From Epithemia pelagica (Eukaryota > Protista > Bacillariophyta): a DNA stretch of 64,000 bases. Under the pieces are notes generated by a model, which saw nothing but the letters and a program-made list of their open reading frames with translations, did no database searches and was not told where the DNA came from. The stretch covers positions 2,294,001 through 2,358,000 of the forward strand of contig OX337242.1 of assembly GCA_946965045.2 (NCBI GenBank), given 5' to 3'. How positions within the stretch are numbered: the stretch's first letter is position 1; every line of letters begins with the position of its first letter. The position numbers and the translations under genes are program-made. Shown piece by piece: positions 58,051 through 64,000 of this stretch.

Positions 58051-58596
58051 TGTAGGACGATCTCTTTCGTTCAATAGGCCTTTAGTTTGGTGTTACGATT
58101 GTTGTCAAAATACGACCATTGGGAGGGATATCGGCAACACGAAGAACAGGATCTTTGTTGTCGAATCGTTGGATCTTTTCGCGAAAGATCTAGCTACCTT
58201 TGCTACCTCGAAGGGGTTGACATCTAGCTGGGACTTTTGCCCAGATCTGCGTCCCGGCTCAATAGCAGCAGTTATGGTTCATCGAAGGGGGTCCAAAAAG
58301 CCTGCCGACCCCAAAATCCAGGCTTACGCACAGAGACATGAGCTCGCGCGCTTAAGTATCCATAACACTTCCCCCCTAGTTGGTGTTAAATAGAGTCCCA
58401 CTCGGACACTCATTTTACTTCCGAATTCTTCTCCGGTTTTGCAATCTCGGTTGCACAAATAGTGATTGATCCAATGGCAACGGAGGTCCTCCACCGATTA
58501 CAATGATACAACAAACGACTCCAGATCTTCCATTGACTGTTGCCACTTCATATTACCATACTCCCATTCTGTCGAAAGAGCAACTTCTGTTTGAAC

Positions 58597-60333
58597 ATGT
58601 CTTCTCTCATCCCGGAATTCATTCCTGACGTAGATGCTCCTCCCTTCTACTCTTCCATTTTTCATGACTCTTTCCAAATGGGTTCATTCGTACACTTGAT
58701 CCAACCATCCCAAGATCCCAAGACCACGACGGTTGTTCGACTACTCAAATGGATTCCCCATGGAATCAAAGTACAAATTTTCTACCCTCTGTTCCCGAAG
58801 GAGAAACTTCGATGCCATCCCGATCCCCCGAAACACAACAAGATACCACTACCAACAGCTCAAGGACGCAACAATATCGAACTCTACATGTCGAACGAAG
58901 TGATGGAATTGATCAATCCTCGAGAAGATGGATTGCCGTTGCGCCTTCGGGAGATTTTTTATCCTGCTTTTGTCTTTTCTCTCACTGATCTTGACTCACC
59001 AGCCAACCGATGGGCCTACGGAGTAGAGAATGTATTTGTGGTCCGATACAAGCAGCATTCTGAGCGAGGTTTGGTTCCTATCCCAGAGAATTGCTTACGA
59101 TTCATGGTTTCTCACGACACAACACGTTCACATCTTATTTGTCCTCCCCGTTCTTGTCATCTTAATATTTGGACAGGACTATTTCTCATTCGCAAAGCAA
59201 TCTCGAAGATGCTGAATCGTCGTTCCGGCCAGGCAGAGGAGAAAGAAACCAACGCTCTGACTATTGGGCACATTCCTGTGGAGACTTACAACTACATCAG
59301 TCTCCTATTATCTCGTGCTCACCGTTCAAGATGTGTCCACAAGCCATTCAAGGCCTCCGAAACTTATCTTGATATCACGAATAGATTTACACGTCGCAAA
59401 TCCAGAATCCAGTTCGAGTCAGGCGTCATTCGGTTTGCGACTGAAGCGGATCTTGACAAGCTTAGGACCATCATGGGATTTGGTTCTACGTATGGATCTA
59501 CGGAAATACGCCCGACCTTGTATCACGGGGATAAAGGTTTGTCTCTCAAGCGCGGCCATTCTCTGACGATTATTGCTGGAGGACCAGTCCCCGAAGAACC
59601 CGTTCCATTCAAGAAGCGCACGAAGGAACAACGTATAGACTTGTCATTCTCTCAATTCAGTTGCCGTGTTACGGTATCCTTCCAACGATATCTTTATGAC
59701 ACCTCTAGAGCTGGTGTCATCAAAGTCCCTCCCCCGACGACTCATTTGGAGTTGACCTTGAAAGGTCAGCTCCCGTTACTCAATCATGCTCCCCAGGTCA
59801 ATGACAATCCTCCACAAGACAACGAAAACCTGCCGTCCCCCGTACCGAAGAGACGCGTTCCCGAATATATTCAAGTTGGCCTGATTACTCCGACAGGCAG
59901 TCCACGGGCTTCTCCCCAACCCAGCCTTAGGGACAGTCCTGAGCGCACTACAGAAGATGTTGTGCCCGAACACTCCTCTGCCATAGACCCCAGTGACCTC
60001 TCTATTATCCAAGGAGAACAGTTTCATCTCGAAGACACTGTTTGGGAGGTTTTGGACATCTTTTCACCCAAAGATGCTTCACGGACTGTGTTGTTAGAGG
60101 TAAATACTGGCGACCTTTACACAACACGAAAACCCGAACCACCAGGCGGTTTTGATTTCCCCGACGATGAAATCCGAATGTTGGGGACGATCCCAGCCAG
60201 TGAAACATACCACATCGCTATTGGAGCATGTGCCGGCGAAGAATATGATGACAGGAAGCCACACTGTCAACAGAAGACAAAGATTCTCGAGTTGACAGAC
60301 GAAGTACATGAAGCTATTCGTAACTATCGTTGA
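58597..60333 (+). CDS. Intronless hypothetical protein (578 aa) with BAH-like N-terminal region; probable transposon partner gene
   Basis: First ATG at 58597; stop 56 bp from the stop of the convergent transposase. The pattern GSFVHL...VVRLL...VQIFYP...ELYMSNE...AFVF...ENVFVVRY follows the BAH strand order (recognised by eye only). Confidence 0.65.
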   Translation: MSSLIPEFIPDVDAPPFYSSIFHDSFQMGSFVHLIQPSQDPKTTTVVRLLKWIPHGIKVQIFYPLFPKEKLRCHPDPPKHNKIPLPTAQGRNNIELYMSNEVMELINPREDGLPLRLREIFYPAFVFSLTDLDSPANRWAYGVENVFVVRYKQHSERGLVPIPENCLRFMVSHDTTRSHLICPPRSCHLNIWTGLFLIRKAISKMLNRRSGQAEEKETNALTIGHIPVETYNYISLLLSRAHRSRCVHKPFKASETYLDITNRFTRRKSRIQFESGVIRFATEADLDKLRTIMGFGSTYGSTEIRPTLYHGDKGLSLKRGHSLTIIAGGPVPEEPVPFKKRTKEQRIDLSFSQFSCRVTVSFQRYLYDTSRAGVIKVPPPTTHLELTLKGQLPLLNHAPQVNDNPPQDNENLPSPVPKRRVPEYIQVGLITPTGSPRASPQPSLRDSPERTTEDVVPEHSSAIDPSDLSIIQGEQFHLEDTVWEVLDIFSPKDASRTVLLEVNTGDLYTTRKPEPPGGFDFPDDEIRMLGTIPASETYHIAIGACAGEEYDDRKPHCQQKTKILELTDEVHEAIRNYR

Positions 60334-60389
60334 GTAATATATATCTTAGTACACCACTGTCACGTCTACAAATATGTGTCACCTTAGCT

Positions 60390-63300
60390 TCATATAGAAC
60401 CATCTGAAGTCCAATCTGAAAAATCCTCCGGCAGTCCCTCACTAGTCATTGGCTTGATCCTTGTATCCATTGCCACCTCCCAATCGAATTCGAATTCAGG
60501 ATTATTCTCGACATCATCCTCATCTCTCACTGCAAGTCCAACTGGCTGCCCAAACTCGATCGTCCCTCCATACTTCTGTACCCAACTAGGTCCAGTAGTT
60601 GCTTTTTCCTTATCGTTCGCAACAGACTCCTCGATTTCCTCCTCAGAGATCCCGAGTAAAAACACCATCCGACGTTGGATCCATCTTGCCATTGACTTCA
60701 TTCGACTTTGATCGCCTTCTCCTTTGTTAGTTGCTCCACCACGCTGGGTCCTGGAGAAGTAATACGTCTTGAAAGCACTATTGAAGGCCTCCCACCCCTG
60801 TTGTGAGTGGGTGGAGAGGTTTCGCCAGTGCTGTAAGTACTCGCGGAGATGTCCGCTGCCGATTACATGAGCGTAGTTTGTTACGCCCTCGGCCCCGTAA
60901 AGTTGTACCCACAGTGCAAAGAACAGGTCGGCTTCCTTTTGGAAGTCCCAAATCTCTTGGTTGGAAAGGTCATGTTTTCGATTTACGATTTCAATGGCGG
61001 ATCGGTAGTGACCAATACACTGTTTCCACTTCTCTCGACGTTCCTCATCCTCCACCATAGGATCAATTAGCTCGTTGATTTGCGAAATAATCTTTCTTAC
61101 CTTAACATTGTCCATGGTGATAGTTCCCACCACGTTTTTTCGTCGATCGTATGGCATTTGCCATTGTTGTGACTGCATAGGGGTTCCAAGGACTTGTGTA
61201 TTCACAATTTCCTCGACCTTCTCGATGAAAGCTTGGCACTTCCGGTCGACAGAAGTGCGGTCGTCTTCATTAATCCAGTCGTGTTCGTCGTTCTTGGCAT
61301 GGGTTAGACCACTCTTGAGACACATGGATAGGATCTTTATCCCCATGCGATTCTCCAAGTGTAACAGACATGGTACCGCGTCCATCATCATGACGAGAGC
61401 GCCCGCTACGTCCTTGTTTCCCTTTGGATCAAACTCTCGAACTCGGAGTGAAGCCATGCTATAAGTATATTCCGAGATATGTTGGACCTTCAAGCGACTC
61501 TGCCTTTCTGACAAGGGTCCCTGCAACGACAACCCCCGTAACTGGAGATCGCTGTTTACATTCCGAGAGAATTCGATTCGATCTTGGACTTCGGCCTTCT
61601 GGAAATCGAAATGAATGTTGTCTGATGAGCTGAGAGCAATGTCGTCTGCTGGGAGAGATGGATTGATGTCTGTCCTGATCTTTGATTTCTTCCTGATGTC
61701 GTCAATTTCTTCTGCCACTTTGGGACTTTCTGCCTTGAATTTTTCAACTTCTTCCTTCATGAGTCCAATATGGGCTCCCGTGCACATATCAACGTGACGG
61801 CATATCCAATTCTCGTCGTCGGTGTGCTTCAGATGAATGCAGATAGGACATTCTGATGCAAGACGAGTTTGTAAATGTAAGTCACTTGAAGCAATGGCGC
61901 ATTTGCTACATGGATACTTACAAACCTTTGCTGCACCTCCACGTCCTGAAAGCTTCCAGTCACAGGACATATCGCAGTTCGTGGAGACTTTGGGGGGCTC
62001 GATCGCAAACCGTTGGGGAAGAACAATGGAAGCTGCCTCGTCAATCTCTTGGATCATACGAGCAAACAGTCCGCGAACAATTGACGTGCTTTCGCGACCA
62101 ATGACACAGACTATGGGGAATACTGAGTTCCTGGATTGCTTGTAGGGATTGGAGGAGTCATTGAATTTCAATCCGCCCAAAGTATGCGACAGATGCTTTG
62201 TCAACATGGCACCATCAATGCTTTGTGAGAGATTGACTGGACGAGAAGCAGCTTCACCATCCATCAATCCACCGGAATGTAGGATTACCCGCATCACGTC
62301 AGCTGCGCGAAAGTAAAACCCTTCAGTCGAATCCCTCACATTCCTGATCATTCTAAAGGGACAAACAATCGAGCCGTAATGTTCCACCATAGCGGCACAA
62401 TTCTGCAGAGAGGATGTGCTGGGTATGATGGTGCGCACATGCTTTTGTCCGTTAGTCTCAACACGACGGAGTAGCTCGATTCCTTCAAAATTCAACACTC
62501 CTCCGTGTCGATCCATTTCAGAAAGAATACGGAATGGTGTGAAAACTGTTTGACGAAGGTGCTTGCCGACCACTTCAAGCAAGACATCCTTCATTCGTCC
62601 CTGATGAATGTTGGAATTCAACAACATACCACACAACGCTTTTAAGAAACGCGTTGCTCGGTCACTATTCTTTCCATGGCGAAGAATGGCCTTGGAAATG
62701 ATGACACGAATGTTAGCAATGATCTGGTCCCCACGTTCCTTGTCCGAGGCCCGTGTTGGAACGGACTGAGACACCGCTTTATCGGATTGTATCTCGATGA
62801 TACGAGCTTCAAGCTTGGTGATCTGTTTAGATTTCTTCTTGCTGCTCCTACGGACCTTGTTCAGATTGAGTTTGAGAGACTGAATCTCACGGTCCTTGTT
62901 TTTCAAGGATAGCTCTATGTCCTTTTGTTTCGAGGACAGAGCGTCGTTTGCTTTTTGTACTTGTGCAAGTAACTGGCTGGTTGTCATTCCGGAATAGGAT
63001 GTGGAGGAATTGGCCAGACTGCATGTGAGAACAGACATCCCTTCATTGCCATGGGGGGCAATAACTTCCTTGGCAACAGGTTCTTCTTCAGCTTCGGATT
63101 CTTCAGAATCCGCAAAAATATCATTGGAGGATGACGAACCACTGGAGACGTCAGAATCATCTTCGGAATCAGGATCTGAATCAGATTCCTCTTGTTTCGG
63201 AGGAGGTTTCTTGTCTTCTTCGGTTGTAACAACAGTAGATTGATTAACAGGGGTTACATGAATCCCTTTCGACCTTTTAGAACGGCGATTCTTGCGGAAG

Positions 63301-63737
63301 CGACGTTTTGCTTTGCGTTTCTTCGGCCGGTTCTTGATAGATTCAATCTTGACTGGGTCGGTTGGCATGACTATATTGTCATGGGAAGCTGTGCAAGTGA
63401 ATCGGCCATTCTCTGCTTTCCTGTTAATGGGGATGTTGGGGAAAGCGACTTCTTGTTCATCCGCGTCAAAGCAATTGCCGCAAAAGAAAAAACCTTCCCA
63501 TCGCTGATATCGGTCTCTACCAAATACAGAACATGGCTTCGTGTCTTCGTTGGCAAAGTCACGGCAGATGCGGGCAATCCTTTTCCTTTCTAAAGCACTT
63601 GAGTGGGGAGGACGCTTCGCCTCTCTACGACGAGCTCTCGTCTGTTGATTCGGGGAAACTGGGGCAGCCTCTGCTTCTTGCAACTCTTCTTCGGCTTGCT
63701 CCATGGCAAGCCGTTGGGCTTGACGGGTGGTTGGCAT
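60390..63737 (-). CDS. RAG1/Transib/Chapaev-like DDE transposase (1,115 aa, intronless)
   Basis: SIDGA (D508), FPIVCVIGRES, TNCDMS (D589) followed by CKYPCSKC, PCLLHLENR, GVTNYAHVIGSGHL, SQQGWEAFN (E983). Order and context match RAG1 SCDGM, KPLCLMLADES, GYDEK..CTLC, DALHC, ITNYFHKTLAH, SEGNESGN. N-terminal Cys cluster and coiled coil. Confidence 0.85.
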   Translation of the reverse strand: MPTTRQAQRLAMEQAEEELQEAEAAPVSPNQQTRARRREAKRPPHSSALERKRIARICRDFANEDTKPCSVFGRDRYQRWEGFFFCGNCFDADEQEVAFPNIPINRKAENGRFTCTASHDNIVMPTDPVKIESIKNRPKKRKAKRRFRKNRRSKRSKGIHVTPVNQSTVVTTEEDKKPPPKQEESDSDPDSEDDSDVSSGSSSSNDIFADSEESEAEEEPVAKEVIAPHGNEGMSVLTCSLANSSTSYSGMTTSQLLAQVQKANDALSSKQKDIELSLKNKDREIQSLKLNLNKVRRSSKKKSKQITKLEARIIEIQSDKAVSQSVPTRASDKERGDQIIANIRVIISKAILRHGKNSDRATRFLKALCGMLLNSNIHQGRMKDVLLEVVGKHLRQTVFTPFRILSEMDRHGGVLNFEGIELLRRVETNGQKHVRTIIPSTSSLQNCAAMVEHYGSIVCPFRMIRNVRDSTEGFYFRAADVMRVILHSGGLMDGEAASRPVNLSQSIDGAMLTKHLSHTLGGLKFNDSSNPYKQSRNSVFPIVCVIGRESTSIVRGLFARMIQEIDEAASIVLPQRFAIEPPKVSTNCDMSCDWKLSGRGGAAKVCKYPCSKCAIASSDLHLQTRLASECPICIHLKHTDDENWICRHVDMCTGAHIGLMKEEVEKFKAESPKVAEEIDDIRKKSKIRTDINPSLPADDIALSSSDNIHFDFQKAEVQDRIEFSRNVNSDLQLRGLSLQGPLSERQSRLKVQHISEYTYSMASLRVREFDPKGNKDVAGALVMMMDAVPCLLHLENRMGIKILSMCLKSGLTHAKNDEHDWINEDDRTSVDRKCQAFIEKVEEIVNTQVLGTPMQSQQWQMPYDRRKNVVGTITMDNVKVRKIISQINELIDPMVEDEERREKWKQCIGHYRSAIEIVNRKHDLSNQEIWDFQKEADLFFALWVQLYGAEGVTNYAHVIGSGHLREYLQHWRNLSTHSQQGWEAFNSAFKTYYFSRTQRGGATNKGEGDQSRMKSMARWIQRRMVFLLGISEEEIEESVANDKEKATTGPSWVQKYGGTIEFGQPVGLAVRDEDDVENNPEFEFDWEVAMDTRIKPMTSEGLPEDFSDWTSDGSI

Positions 63738-64000
63738 CGTTGGGTCTTCAATCGAAAGGAGAGGTGCCTGTTTGATTGATATGTTGATTCAGGAAGAGAG
63801 ACATGATGGAACTTTATTCAGAGTTCCTTGTCAACATCATCTTTTCATCGGCTTCGGGTTCTGCGATTGAGTTTAGAACGGATGAATGAAATGCGACTAA
63901 GGGGTAATGTAATATTCATGAACATATAAATTTTATGCAAAAAATCGTCGGGCGAGTTCTCCAAATCCATTCTCATACGTTTGGACTTAGTGAAATTTGG

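Larger units (their letters stand above)
58597..63737. mobile_element. Putative two-gene DNA transposon (convergent ORFs); termini not defined
   Basis: Two intact intronless ORFs, tail-to-tail with a 56-bp gap, one a DDE transposase. No TIR pair can be shown because only 263 bp remain to the window edge. Confidence 0.6.

Noticed and set aside
58329-58335. CACAGAG as an RSS-like heptamer marking the transposon end
   Set aside because: A 6/7 match to CACAGTG is expected by chance in about 450 bp; no nonamer at 12 or 23 bp and no partner end in the window.
1-64000. tRNA or rRNA genes
   Set aside because: None recognised; the only tRNA-like sequence is the 11-nt anticodon-arm match at the retrotransposon PBS.

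Overview
Eukaryotic genomic DNA, most consistent with a pennate diatom (short GT-AG introns, low-complexity genes, CoDi-type Copia); the taxon is an inference. 1) 0.3-11.6 kb: a 1.1-kb non-autonomous TIR element, two low-complexity single-pass membrane protein genes and an NSF-like AAA ATPase. 2) 11.87-48.12 kb: a very young head-to-tail array with a 5,643-bp period and geometry A-B-A-B-A-B-A-B-A. A (1,883 bp) holds the 3' part of a Nudix hydrolase gene and a decayed Kelch gene; B (3,760 bp) holds an intact 7-exon ABCG half-transporter. The third unit carries two intact-looking mobile elements, both in its Nudix fragment: a 3,400-bp two-gene PIF/Harbinger-like transposon (32-bp TIRs, ATT TSD) and an 8,384-bp Ty1/copia element (783-bp LTRs, TCGTC TSD). 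The Copia has an extra ORF, a chromodomain-like module and a PBS matching the anticodon arm of tRNA-Asn. 3) 48.6-58 kb: three damaged genes (Tubby-C-like, Kelch, and a multi-TM lipoxygenase-like gene) and an intact gatB. 4) 58.6-63.7 kb, the most interesting region: an intronless 1,115-aa RAG1/Transib-like DDE transposase lying tail-to-tail with an intronless 578-aa ORF that has a BAH-like N-terminus and is not RAG2-like. Its outer end probably lies beyond the window. All domain calls come from motif recognition by eye; no database searches were run.
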